A stretch of 64,000 nt of DNA from Amoebidium appalachense (GCA_963693365.1 CAVNZM010000012.1:1674001-1738000), one strand, 5' to 3'. Numbered from the stretch's first letter, positions 13,908-38,594 are shown. The notes: a model not told the origin generated them from the letters alone. Made by a program: numbers and translations.

Positions 13908-15278
13908 GCGTATGGAGGGTTGATAGTTGTAGTTTTTGAGTGTGGTTACAAGTAGGGGAATTATGGTTGATAGTGAAGTTGAGTTCTGCCTTTGTCTGAT
14001 GAAGAACGTTTGAAGAGAAGAAAGAAAAGGGAGGTAGGATCTGGGAGCAAGAGGGTTATTGGTATTCGCTTGTTTTGTGTGACTGAGGTGTTTTGTGAAG
14101 AGGGTGTGGGTGGAGTATGTGTGTCAGAAAGCTTGTGTCTTGTCATTCGTTTCCTTTAGCGTTTGTGGTTGTTGTGTCCATCCCCTACTTTGGCATTTTG
14201 TTGTCTGGTATTATAGACTTACTCACACTCGCTCATCCACAACATTACCCATCCATCCCCCCCCCCCCACATCTTTACTTCCATGCAACCGGGCATGGTT
14301 GCTCTGTGTCGTGCATCTGTAAGCACATACGCGTTTGTCGCTGCACTGCATTAGTTTGCACATACATCTTCACCGTTTTGCTCACCTTGCTTGCATAAGC
14401 AACCCTGCTCGTCTTTGATCAAGACGGGTTGACCCACCCAAGTTCAGTTGATGCTGCTGTCTGAGTTGGAGCGTCGTATATACGCGGGCTAAGGGGTCGA
14501 AACTCAGACGCAATTGATGACTTGGGCCCTCCCTGAGGATGGGCTCTGCTTATGACGCATACTGTGCGCATGGCTGATGCTGCATACTTGAATGTTTGCC
14601 TTTGCATGTGTCCTGCACCATGCTTCTCATCGTGTATGCGTACTTCGTACTGTGTTCCGCATTCAAAACCCCCCCTGTCTTCTTTCAGAGGTGTCCTTTC
14701 AGGACAGACCACTGTGTGGAGACATCTTTACTTCCATGCAACCGGGCATGGTTGCTCTGTGTCGTGCATCTGTAAGCACATACGCGTTTGTCGCTGCACT
14801 GCATTAGTTTGCACATACATCTTCACCGTTTTGCTCACCTTGCTTGCATAAGCAACCCTGCTCGTCTTTGATCAAGACGGGTTGACCCACCCAAGTTCAG
14901 TTGATGCTGCTGTCTGAGTTGGAGCGTCGTATATACGCGGGCTAAGGGGTCGAAACTCAGACGCAATTGATGACTTGGGCCCTCCCTGAGGATGGGCTCT
15001 GCTTATGACGCATACTGTGCGCATGGCTGATGCTGCATACTTGAATGTTTGCCTTTGCATGTGTCCTGCACCATGCTTCTCATCGTGTATGCGTACTTCG
15101 TACTGTGTTCCGCATTCAAAACCCCCCCCCCCCCCCCCCCTTCCCCTCTCACTCTCCCATATTCCATTACCCATTCTACCCGTTCCCTTTCATGAACACA
15201 AGCACATGCACCCATGCACATACACAAAAACACATGTGAACATACATTTGCCCACAACACACAATGCATACACACACG

Positions 15279-15317
<39 letters not shown>

Positions 15318-16061
15318 ATACACACACACACGTACACGCAGGGTGCGCGTCCTCCCGGGGGGAAAAGACCCTCCGCATGCACTACGCCAACTGCAACACA
15401 TACAACGCCGACTTTGACGGAGACGAGATGAACGTCCACTTCCCCCAGTCCCAACAAGCGCGCGCCGAAGCGTACAACATTGCCAACACAGACAACCAAT
15501 ACCTGGTTCCTACAAGCGGAAAACCCCTTCGCGGTCTTATTCAGGATCACGTTGCTAGCGGCTCTGTTTTGACTGCGCGCACGACGCTTATGGACAGGAC
15601 GAGATACCAGCAGCTGGTGTTTACCGCCCTGCCCGACCTCCCTGGCCGGGTTCGAACCCTGCCTCCGTGTATCATCAAGCCCAAGTATGTATTTAATGGG
15701 TGGGGTGGGGGGGGGGGGGAGGGGGGGGGGAGGGGTGATGGTGTGGGGGGGGGGGGGGGGGGGGGCGATGGGGGGGGGGGGGGGGGGGGGGGACGGAGGA
15801 GAGGAGTATTGGCCTCCGGAGGAGACAGGGAGGGGGGGGGGGGGGGGGGGGGGGGCTAAATTCTTTTCATTAGCGGGGGATGATAACAGCTACTATCGGG
15901 GGGATGATAACGGTGCTTGGAAAAGGGACACCATAGGAAGAAGGGGGGGGGGGAGAGGGGGGGATAGTGTGCAGTTGGAGAGGCGTAAGTGTGGTTAGGG
16001 GGGGAGAGGGGGGGGGGGGGGGGGTGCAGTTGGAGAAGCAGGAATGTGTGTGTGTGTGGGG

Positions 16062-16093
<32 letters not shown>

Positions 16094-16212
16094 ATAGATG
16101 AGAGGGTCTAGGTTTGGGATGTGTTTGGCGATTGCAACGCAGATGGTAGAGTGTAGGTGCCTATTGAATTTGAGTGTTTTCTCATCTGTGCATGCGAGCG
16201 GCAGGGGGAGAA

Positions 16213-16248
<36 letters not shown>

Positions 16249-17027
16249 TCATAGCTACATTTTGTCGTAAACCTACTCTACCTTTTCTCTACGGTAATTG
16301 AAAGGGAACTAATCAACCCCCCCAACCCCCCCAACCCCCCCAACCCCCCCCCACACACACACCCCTCTTTCCCCGTCGTTACGAGCGCCACCCTCTTATC
16401 TCAAACACACCGGCACCCACACAACACGTGTACACATATGTGCGCATGCACATACACACACACACACACACACATACCCACACGTACACGTACACGCACA
16501 CTCACACAGGGAGATGTGGTCGGGCAAGCAGGTGGTGTCCACCATCCTCCTGAACGTGTGCATGGAGGGCCGCAGCGACGCCGAAGCCCTTCACCTCGAC
16601 TCCCAGGCAAAGATTCCCTCATCCCTCTGGGGTGAAAAGTCGGAGGAAGGCAACGTGATTTTTCGTCACGGAGAGCTTCTTTGCGGTGTTTTGGACAAGT
16701 CTCAGTTCGGTGCTACAAGTTATGGTCTTGTTCACGCCTGCTACGAACTCTACGGGCCGGAGGCTGCGGGGAAACTTTTGACGGCGCTTGGGCGTTTGTT
16801 CACGGCGTACCTGCAGTTCAGGGGGTTAACTTGTGGGATCGACGATTTGCTGCTGACGCCGGCCGGTGACGAGGAGAGGAGGAAGCTTTTGAAGGAGGCG
16901 GATACGGCGGGGGCGGAGCAGGTTGCGGCGTTTATGGGCCAGCCTGATATGGCCAAGGACGTGGAGTATCTGAAGGACGGGCTGAAGGATATCTACCGCA
17001 GGTGTGTGTGTGTGTGCGCGTGTGCGT

Positions 17028-17058
<31 letters not shown>

Positions 17059-17744
17059 CGTGTGTTTTTTTTTGGGGGGGGGGGGGGGGGGGGGGGGGGG
17101 CTCGCTCTGTATTTATGAAGATCTCCTCTCTCTTTGCTGGTGTATGGGCTATTGGTCATGGATGGTTTGTTGGTGCGGGATTGGTTGTGTTTCAGAAGCA
17201 TGGGAGTGTGAGTGAGACCCGTGAGGATTTAGGGGCAGGACCGGGTGGGGAGGGGGGAGGGATAACGACGACTAGGGGAAGATAGCAAAAAGTGTGTGTG
17301 TGTGTGTGTTTGTGTGTGTGCGTGTGTGCGTGGTGGTATGTTTGTGTGTGTGTGTGTGTTGGGGTGGGGGGGGGGGGGGGGGGGGGGGTTCCCCCTCGAA
17401 ATCTATATGGGTGGGGTCGTGGGATGTGATGCACGTGTTTGTGGGGAAGAGAGGATGGCAGCACCCACACTATCTTGTGCTGATAAAAACGGGGGGGGAG
17501 GGGAGGGGGGAGGGGGGAACTTAGATTAACGATCTGGTGTATTAGTCTTAGCCTGGCACGTGTACCACCACCCACGTGGCTTCTGTTGCACACATGCACA
17601 CGCACACACTTGTCGTACACACAATGCACAGACACGGATGCACATACTGACACGTACGTAACACGTCACACACTCGCACACACACTCACACACACCAAGG
17701 AAAAAAACATACATGTGCAAGTACACACACGTACACGTACACAT

Positions 17745-17805
<61 letters not shown>

Positions 17806-19202
17806 ACGTATACGCAAACACGTACACACATACACAAACACATGCACACACACATTTTCCCTTCCACCCCGCAGTGACGAGAAGATGGCCGGGCTGGATG
17901 CCACCATGAAGACCCGCCTCAACCAACTGACCAGCAACGTCATCAACGCCTGCCTCCCCGGTGCAGCCCAGAAACCCTTCCCAGAGAACAACCTCTCCCT
18001 CATGATCCAGTCCGGCGCAAAGGGTAGCAGCGTGAACTCTTCGCAGATTTCCTGCCTTTTGGGCCAACAGGAATTGGAGGGAAGACGTGTTCCCGTGATG
18101 GTCTCCGGTCGTTCCCTCCCTTCTTTCCTCCCTTACGACACGTCGGCACGGAGCGGGGGTTATGTCCGCGGTCGTTTCTTGACTGGAATCAAGCCACAGG
18201 AGTATTTCTTCCACTGTATGGCTGGGAGAGAGGGTCTTATCGACACGGCCGTCAAAACGGCGCGTTCCGGATACTTGCAGCGTTGTTTGATTAAGCATCT
18301 GGAGGGGTTGAGGGTGCACTATGATATGACGGTGAGGGATACGGACGGGAGCTGCGTTCAGTTTGCATACGGCGAGGACGGGTGTGACGTTACGCGGACG
18401 GCGTTTTTGGAGAAATTCGAGTTTTTAAACAAGAACGAAGCGGCTCTACAGGGGAAACTCAAGCCTCAGGAGGCCGTTCAGCATATGAACTACACTAAGG
18501 CGACGAAGCTTTTTCGGAAAGTCAAAAAGTCGATTTCGAAAACACCGGATTCCCCGCTCGACCCAGTCCTCGGGAGCCTGCGGCCGGATTTGTACCTGGG
18601 CGCGACGTCGGAGAGGTTCCATAAGAATCTGGAAAAACACGTGGAGAGTGGGAAGATGAGGGAGGAGGTGGAGAAGGATGCATTCAGGCTGCTCATGTGG
18701 CTCAAATACAGGTGGGAAACCCCTGGGGTTTGATTGCTAAAATGGAAAGTGGGTGTTGTTGGAATGGTGGGTGGGTGGGGAGTTTGGCTCAAAAAAAGTT
18801 GCGGTTTGCCATGTGTATGGAGTGGTGAAGTGGGTGGGTGAGTGGGAGTGTGGCTCAAGTATACATTTGGAAATTGCTAAATAAGGAATGTAGTTGTGGG
18901 TGGGTGGGGTGGTCAATGTTGCTCACGTACAAAGGGATTTTTCTTTTTTTCGGAAAGTGGTTGTAGGTAGGTGTGTTGGAATGGATTGAAATGGGTGTGG
19001 TTTTAGATGTTAATGGGCAGAGAGAATCTGTACGGGGTTTGTGCCCGCCGGGTGTGTGTGCGTGTGTTTGGGACTGGGGGGGGGGGGGGGGGGGGGGGGT
19101 TGGCTTTTTGCACCCTCGCCATCATACTTTGAGTGGATACATTTATAGTTCTAGAATAAAGTGTAATCACGTCTAACCACCAGCACAACCACTCCCTTCC
19201 CC

Positions 19203-19241
<39 letters not shown>

Positions 19242-19796
19242 ACACACGCGTGTTACTACCCTGCGGCGTGGGTCAAATCTCATATTTTCCCCTCTGATTA
19301 CGAATTCTGTGGCCTTCGGGACTTAATTCTTTTCAGCTGGTGTAGTATGTTAGCCAGGGAAGTATCGACTTAGGTATCGACGGGGGAGCTTCCTAGAAGC
19401 CCCGTCTCCTGAGTTCCTATCTATATTTTTCTTGCTTCTGCTTACTGCTGCAACTTTAACCCCCGGCCTTTCCCACTGCCCTTGCCTGCATAAGCAACCC
19501 TGCTCGTCTCTGATCAAGACGGGTGACCTACTCATGTTCAAGTGAAACAGTATCTGAGTTGGGTTTCGTTAACGAGGGGAATAGGTCGAAACTCGGGTAC
19601 TGTGGATGACGTGGGCCCCCCCTGAGGATGGGCTCTGCTTATTATGCATACTCTTTATGTATGGCTTGCATTCTGCATCGTGTTATCCGTTTGTTCTTGT
19701 GTACTTCGTACTTTTTGACGCATTCAAAACCCCCCCCCCACACACACACCCCTTCACACACACACACTCACACTCACACTCACACTCACACTCACA

Positions 19797-19856
<60 letters not shown>

Positions 19857-19897
19857 GCACCCCACCTGTCTCACCCCCTCTCCCTTCTCCCACAAAT

Positions 19898-19934
<37 letters not shown>

Positions 19935-20480
19935 ATCCTCACCACCACCAATAAACAAAAAAAAAAAAAAAAAAAAAAAAAAAAACATCTGCAGGGCATC
20001 CCTTGCCGAGCCAGGTGAGGCCGTTGGTCTTCTTGCTGCCCAGGGAGTGGGTGAGCCCTCTACCCAGATGACCCTCAACACGTTCCACTTTGCCGGGTTT
20101 GGCGCCATGAACGTCACACTGGGTATCCCCCGTCTTCGTGAAATTCTCATGACGGCCTCGGAGAAGATAAAAACCCCCGCCATGACTATCCCCCTCCTGC
20201 CCAACGTGAAAAACCCCACCCAGCGCGCGGAAAAACTGCGCCATCGCTTCACCCGGCTGACCCTCTCCGATGTGGTGTCGAGCGTTGCTGTCAAGGAGTG
20301 GCTGGAGGCACCCAAGGTGAAACTTCCTTCCGACACCCCCCCCCCCCAAACACCCCCCAAACACCCCCCAATGATGCATTCTACTTTCAATATGGTTTTA
20401 CATACCACTCAGGGTCCGTTTCCGTGTTGTTGATGGTGTAGATATGATTCGTGCTGGGGTACTGCATCCCCTTCACCCCC

Positions 20481-20517
<37 letters not shown>

Positions 20518-21781
20518 ACTCCCCTCCTCCTAACACATACACACACATGAACCGGGGATAGTAGGCGTCTTTCTTCTGCTTACGGTCTCGTACATAGTCG
20601 TGGCCCCCTCTCTGCCGTTTCTGTTTGTGTCTCCCCCCCCTTTTGCTGGTTACCTCAGTGCGACCTACCACAGTTCGGTTCTCTCTCGGCCCCTTCCTCC
20701 CAATCGTTTTTCCCATGCTCCCTCCCCTATTATATCTTTGTGGTGTTGCTGTGCTTCGTCTTCATGTGTGTCGTTTCCTTGCCGAGTTTCCCATCTCTCG
20801 TGCCGTGTGATTCTGCGCGGTCCATTGTTTTTCCAGTTGCTTTTTTAAAGCTCTGCTCTTCCACATGTTTGCACAAAGCGGAACGTGACAGGTTTCAACT
20901 CTTGCATCCGCACACATAAGTAACCAACACACACCCTAGGTGAGGGTTTACATACAACAATACTCCTCCTTTATGCTGCACAACATGGTGTCCCCTCCCG
21001 TCCTCCCCCTCGCCTTCCTCTCCCCACATCCTTGGATGCACCCCCTTTTGTTGTTTTCCCTTCCAATGCGATTACTGACACCCCCCCCCCCCCCCCCCCC
21101 TTTCTCTCTCTTTTTTCCTCGGCCTCTCTATTATTTACCTACCCAACCGTGTCCTCCCTTTCAATCACCGATTCCCTCCCTCCCTCCCTCCGCTCCTTCC
21201 CTCCTTCCCGTTCCCCCCCCCCCCCCCCCCCCCCTGGCCTCCCTCGCCTGTCCCTCCCTCCCTCCCCCCCTCCCTCCCTTCTTCCCCCCCCCCCCCCCCC
21301 CCCCCCCCCTACCCCACCCCCCCACCCCTCCTCCCTCCCTCCCCGACACCCAACTCCCACAATCAACCCACCAGACCGGAGGCGTGCAGAGCAAGAAGGG
21401 AGACAAGCACATGCCAGCACACGGCCCCGTGCGCAAGTACCACGTGCGCATCGAGATGGACAGGGAGGTTGTTGCAAGCAAGGAGGTCATGCTCACTACC
21501 TCGGAGCTGAGACGGGGGCTGGAGAACCAACTTCTGCCCCTGCTAAATAGGGCTGTAGCTACGCACATTAAGGGGAAGAAGGCGAACTCGGCGGCAACGG
21601 TGCATTCATTGTCGAAGGCAAGGAAGGACGCTGATGCGGTGGGTGGTTTGTGGGTGGGTGGGGGGGGGGGGGGGGGGGGGGGAAAGGGGGTGGGGGGAAT
21701 GACGGGGGGGTGATTTGGGAGAGGGGGGGGGGGGGGGGAGGGGGGGGGAGGGGAGGGGATGAGAAGGTGTGTATGTGTGGT

Positions 21782-21813
<32 letters not shown>

Positions 21814-22122
21814 GGGGATGTGGGTGGGTGGGTGAGTGTTAGTTGGGTATGTAGGTGTGTGTGCATGTGTGTGTGTGGGTTGTATGTGTGTGGTTAGGGT
21901 GGTGTGGGGGAGAGGGAGGGGGGGGGGGGGGACACCCGCAAGGATACGAATTGTTCTACATGTGTGGTTTGGTGGTGTACTCGAAAACGGGGCGGGGGAG
22001 GAGGGGGGGGGGGGATTTTGCAGTGAAGGGGGAAGGGGGATGAGGCTGGTGGCAGGTATGAGGGGGAACCTCTCCAGGTTGGGATGTGGGTTTGGGGTGT
22101 GTGTGTGGGGAGTGGAGGGGAA

Positions 22123-22183
<61 letters not shown>

Positions 22184-23385
22184 TCGGAATGGTGGTTGTG
22201 TGGGGTCGTTGACTAAAGAAGCTTTGGGGGGGGGGGCACAGGAGGGAGGAAACGACGACGAGGGAGTTGATATGGACGAGGATGAGGAGAAACCAAAGAG
22301 GAAGTCACGTGACTGGGACGAGCCGGCAGCCGAGGGGGATGACGAGAACGAGGATGACGAGAACGAGGATGGTGACGCCACCGACGCTAAAAATAGAGGC
22401 AAGAGGAAGGAGAGAAGCACGTACAGTGAGAGCGAGAGTGAGGGGGAGGAGGAAGAGGAGGAGGAGGAGGGGGAGAACGGTGTAGAGGGCGGCGACAGGG
22501 AGGATGGAAACGAGGAGGACGGAAACGAGGGAGAGGATTCGAAGGAGGGGAAGAAGACAAAGAAGGGGGAGAAGGTGAAGGAAGAGAGGGTCACCAAGGA
22601 GGATATCGTTGCCGGGCTGCTGGGCAGGTTTGCGCCATATTTGGTGCAGTACGACTATGACGACGTCAACAGCCAATGGGCAGAGTTCACGCTTTCCATT
22701 TCCGGAAGCGCCCGGAAACTTCTTCTGGTTTCTCTCATCGAAAACCTTGCAGAGAAGTGTGTCGTCCGTTCCATCCCCGGGATTCGCCGCGCTCTGATTG
22801 CCGATCCGGAGCCGAGCAAGCCTAACGCCCCCGTGACGATTCAGACGGAGGGTTCGAACGTGCGTGAGGTGTGGAACCACGGGATGTATTTCGACGTGAA
22901 CAAGATTTACACCAACGACATTGTGATGATTCTCAAGACGTATGGTGTGGAGGCGGCCAGGGCGGCAATTATGCGGGAGGTGGCAAGCGTGTTCAAGGTG
23001 TGTGTGTGTGTGTGGTGGTGGTGGTGGTGGTGGCTGTTTTGGATGTGTGTGGTGTGTGTATTTTGCTTTTTTGTTTTTTTTTTTTTTGGGGGGGGGGGGG
23101 GGGTGAAGGCTGTCGAGAGCCCAGTGCGTTGGATGAGGGGGGAAAAATATCAGGGGTCTTTTTTTTTGTTTTGGGGGGGGGGGGGGGGGGCTTTGAGAAA
23201 GGTAAGCCAGGAACCAAGTTTTCTTTGCTGTATTCGTTTTTTGGACCTTGCTCTTGTGTGTTGCACGGTGTTATTCGTTGTCGGAAGTTTTACTGTGTAC
23301 TGTTTGTATGTTTTACTGTGTAGTATATTCTTAACCCATCTCCTCCCCCCCCCCCCCCCCCCCCCCCCCCCCAACCCCCAACCCC

Positions 23386-23460
<75 letters not shown>

Positions 23461-23475
23461 CTTCCCCCCCCCCCC

Positions 23476-23526
<51 letters not shown>

Positions 23527-23812
23527 ACAGGTGTACGGCATTGGTGTCGATATGCGCCACCTTTCCCTCATTGCCGACTACATGACCTTTGAGGGCGGCT
23601 ACAAGCCCTTTAACCGCATCGGAATTGACAGCAACCCGTCCCCCCTCGCAAAAATGACCTTCGAGACCACCATGAAATTCATGAAGAGCGCGGTTTTAAC
23701 GGGAGATTTTGATTCGCTGCGGAGTCCGTCGGCGCGGATCGTTCTTGGGCGGGTGGTGGAGGCGGGGACTGGGTGTGTCGATATGTTGCAGCCCCTGGCT
23801 CCTACTCACTGA
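7582..23812 (+). CDS. RPA1: DNA-directed RNA polymerase I largest subunit (A190), 11 exons
   Basis: Exons read at GT-AG boundaries with matching phases: 7582-8232, 9803-10720, 11981-12232, 13013-13275, 15342-15684, 16510-17001, 17875-18711, 19995-20316, 21375-21638, 22242-22997, 23531-23812. Motifs: [12 protein letters not shown]......[47 protein letters not shown], catalytic [69 protein letters not shown] and HYANC are Pol I-type. One extra G at ~15357-15362 gives an apparent frameshift. Confidence 0.97.
11620..11755 (+). mobile_element. Degenerate copy of the intronic structured-RNA repeat (B-like)
   Basis: gaaactcgggtact..tggatgac...gaggatggactctgtttattatgcatact aligns to 19588-19652; followed by poly-C. 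Confidence 0.65.
11825..11941 (+). mobile_element. 5'-truncated copy of the intronic structured-RNA repeat (subfamily B)
   Basis: Near-identical to 19614-19728 (ccctgaggatgggctctgcttattatgcata...gacgcattcaa). Ends in poly-C ~40 nt before the RPA1 exon 3 acceptor. Confidence 0.85.
14269..15121 (+). mobile_element. Head-to-tail dimer of the intronic structured-RNA repeat (subfamily A, 453-bp period)
   Basis: catctttacttccatgcaaccgggcatgg...ccgcattcaaaa at 14270-14668 and 14723-15121, apparently identical, each followed by a C-run. Lies in RPA1 intron 4. Confidence 0.9.
19245..19729 (+). mobile_element. Subfamily B copy of the intronic structured-RNA repeat with a longer 5' extension
   Basis: 19480-19729 aligns with 14385-14668 (gcataagcaaccctgctcgtct.tgatcaagacgggt...ctgaggatgggctctgcttat...gtacttcgtact...gcattcaaaa). 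Bounded by C-runs in RPA1 intron 7. The 5' limit is uncertain. Confidence 0.8.
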
Positions 23813-24537
23813 GATTTACTTTCTTTGATCAGTTGTTCGTTATGAGTTTAGGTATTCGTTGTGTTCTTGTTTGTTTGTTGGCGCATGGGGTGAGTATGCT
23901 TGATTAGAGGGTTAGCGTTATCTCTTAATATGGTATTCGGTGTTGTTTGGCAGGCTTGCCGGTGTCTGGATTAAGTATGATTATCAGTAGTTTTTTTGAG
24001 TTCCTTACGGCGAATAGAGGAGTAGTTGGAGTGTAAAGCCGACATGATTATGTGTTTGACAGTTTGGCGGTTGGGCTAATGTGGTTTAGATAGTGTGGTC
24101 TAGTTAATGTGTGTCTTTGTCAGAAGAAATGTATATGATTTTGAGAAATAGCTAGCCATGCCTTGTCTCTTGTTGGCGCATTTCTGTTTCCCTGAATACA
24201 GTAGCATTTTGTTTGTGTCATTCATATGATTTTACGGCTATGCTCACTTTGTCTTGTGGCGAGTGTGGTTTCTTCCCACAACACAAATTTCCGGTGCTTC
24301 TCTGCCTTAGATATTGCATTCTACCAGTTATGCATGCACAGTTTGTGTTTTTGATAATGTGTATCATAAAAATGTCACTCGCACACACACTAACATACTG
24401 TCACACACACACACCGCGACACGCTCTCCCTCTCGCCGATCTCTCTCTCTCCCCCCCTCGGCCCCCCTCCCTCTCTCTCTCTCTTTCTCTCTTAAATAAT
24501 TGGCTCTCCTCTCTGCAATAATTGGCTCTCCGACCCC

Positions 24538-24539
<2 letters not shown>

Positions 24540-24614
<75 letters not shown>

Positions 24615-24645
24615 CTCTCTCTCTCTGTCTCTCTCTCTCTCTCTG

Positions 24646-24694
<49 letters not shown>

Positions 24695-24722
24695 CCCCCC
24701 TCTCCCTCTCCCTCTCCCTCTC
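24540..24722. repeat. (CT)n microsatellite
   Basis: Long CT dinucleotide run with few interruptions; similar runs at 34365-34612. Confidence 0.95.
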
Positions 24723-25998
24723 TACATAAACTTGTTGATCATCCGATTACAGGAGATGGAAGTTGCCGGAATAGTGTAGGAGGAGGTTTTACAAAGTACT
24801 AGTTTGAAAGCTGAGTTTAGAGAAGAGAGGGGGGAAGGTGAAGGAAGAAAGAGGGGAAAGAAAGAGGAGTTGGGGGTTAGGAGTCTTGAGGGTGGGGGGA
24901 GTGGGGGGTTGCATGGGCTGGGGTCCGGAGGCGAGGCCCCCCAAAAATACGACACCTCTTTGGGGACAGAGCACGGGAAAAGTGAGGCCCTGAGAGGTGT
25001 CGTATTTATTATGGGGGTGGTGTCAAAGTAGGATTGAATAACCCCGATCAAAGAGAGACGAGAAGTGAGAGAAAAGGGCAGACTCTGAGGATCGGATTGG
25101 TCAAATGGATATAATGTTTTCCCAGGGCGTGAGATCATTTTAACCCTCGTATGGATGGTAAGAATTTGATGAGGCTGTAAGTATGCATCGGAATGCCATG
25201 TGCACCAATGACAATCGACTTGTGTCACAAGTTCATATCCAGATGATCCACGCACCTGGGATGAATTTTCGCAAGTGACCAAATATTCACAGGTAGTAGT
25301 AGAAAAACTATCTTAGAGTTCATGGCATATTATACTTTGTTACACCTCTACTGAAGCCCTTCGCAAGCTCTGCTCGGAAATATTTGTAGGCAAGCCTTTC
25401 GGCAGAGCGGTTTAAATTTTGTGATAGATCTCATACCACGGGATAAAAAAATTAATAAAAAAATATCCATCGATCGGAATCCTCCCTAAGTCACCGTGAA
25501 GCAGTGCGTGGCGTGAACTTTAACAGTGTACTACAGTATGTAAAGGAACAAGTTTTGACCTTTTACATAGAGGGGAAGAAAAAAATAGAAATAACTTGCA
25601 AGAAAAGCACACGAGATGTGGTTGTTATCAATTTATGTGCTGACGAAATTATGCCTCTGTTGGCTGACGACGGCAGTGATTCATTTTTCATTTTATGCAT
25701 CCCAAATTTTCGATTCGATAGTTTCAATTTGTCCTAGGGCAGTCGTGAGCATAACTCTTCTTGTACGTACACCTGTACGCCGTACCGTAGGTCCGAGCTT
25801 TGAAAAAGGGGGAACTCACTCCCCCTGCCATCACATATAGTGTCACCGACTCACCGTGCCATCTACTGTGGTAGGACACTGCGTGTGATGAAATCTCTTT
25901 AATAACACTGAACGGAAAATTTGGGCAGCTTATAAGGCCGGGATTGTCAATGATTCAAAATCCCCGCAAAAAGGCTGGGGGAAAAGAAAACTTTAAAA

Positions 25999-37973
<11,975 letters not shown>

Positions 37974-38563
37974 TATTAAATTATATAAACGGGGAGCCTT
38001 TTTTTTGTTATATTTTATTTTCTTTCCCTATAAAAAAAGGCCCGGGGAGCTTTTAAAAGGTATAAGCGCTTTAGTATGGTTGATGTTATTAGTCCAGCCC
38101 TGAAGAAGGTGATGGCGCTGTCAGACAGCAGTTGGTATGCGCTCATTTACGTATGTGTCACCAGGATACTATAAGTTGATGTTGTGTGTTTTTTTATGTG
38201 TTAGTGATATTAATGTTGTGTTAGTAATGCTATTCATATAAGCAAAATCGGGCCTGAATGGCTAACCCCGCACTCGGGCGGTTACTATTAGTTCAATTTG
38301 TGGTGTCTAGTAGACTGAGTAATAGCCTTAAGCAAAGGATCTTTAATGTTTCGATATATTTCTTAAATTTCATTTTATCATTTGAACTCATTCGCTTGTC
38401 TGGCAGGTACGGAGTTTTGCCGTAGTCCAAACTCAACACAATCTCACCGCCCAATCAAACCACCCCATTCTCCGTTTGGTGTGAATTAGAACAGGTGGAC
38501 GTCACTACCACAAGGGTATGTGTGTGGGTGATGCCTAGGGGAGGGGGGAGGGGCAGATGTGTG

Positions 38564-38594
<31 letters not shown>

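Noticed and set aside
14447-14537. Box C/D snoRNA or U3 (TGATGA...CTGA)
   Set aside because: Box spacing is wrong, the C box is not conserved in subfamily B, and the copies behave like truncated mobile repeats.
14459-14545. Hammerhead or HDV-like ribozyme in the intronic repeat (CTGAGGA, GAAA, GG-hairpin-GGCTAA)
   Set aside because: Hammerhead core motifs are not joined by a compatible stem II. The HDV P3/L3 is missing between P2 and P1, and copy B lacks the catalytic C. Left as unassigned.
14588-14668. IS200/IS605 or Fanzor omega-RNA-type end (TTCAA pairing with ttgaatg)
   Set aside because: The pairing is not conserved in subfamily B and no TnpB/Fanzor ORF is in the window.
24722-25282. 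186-aa minus-strand ORF with a CxxC..H pattern and a GGGGCCTCGCCTCC hairpin
   Set aside because: No recognisable domain and a low-complexity second half; possibly a decayed TE but unsupported.
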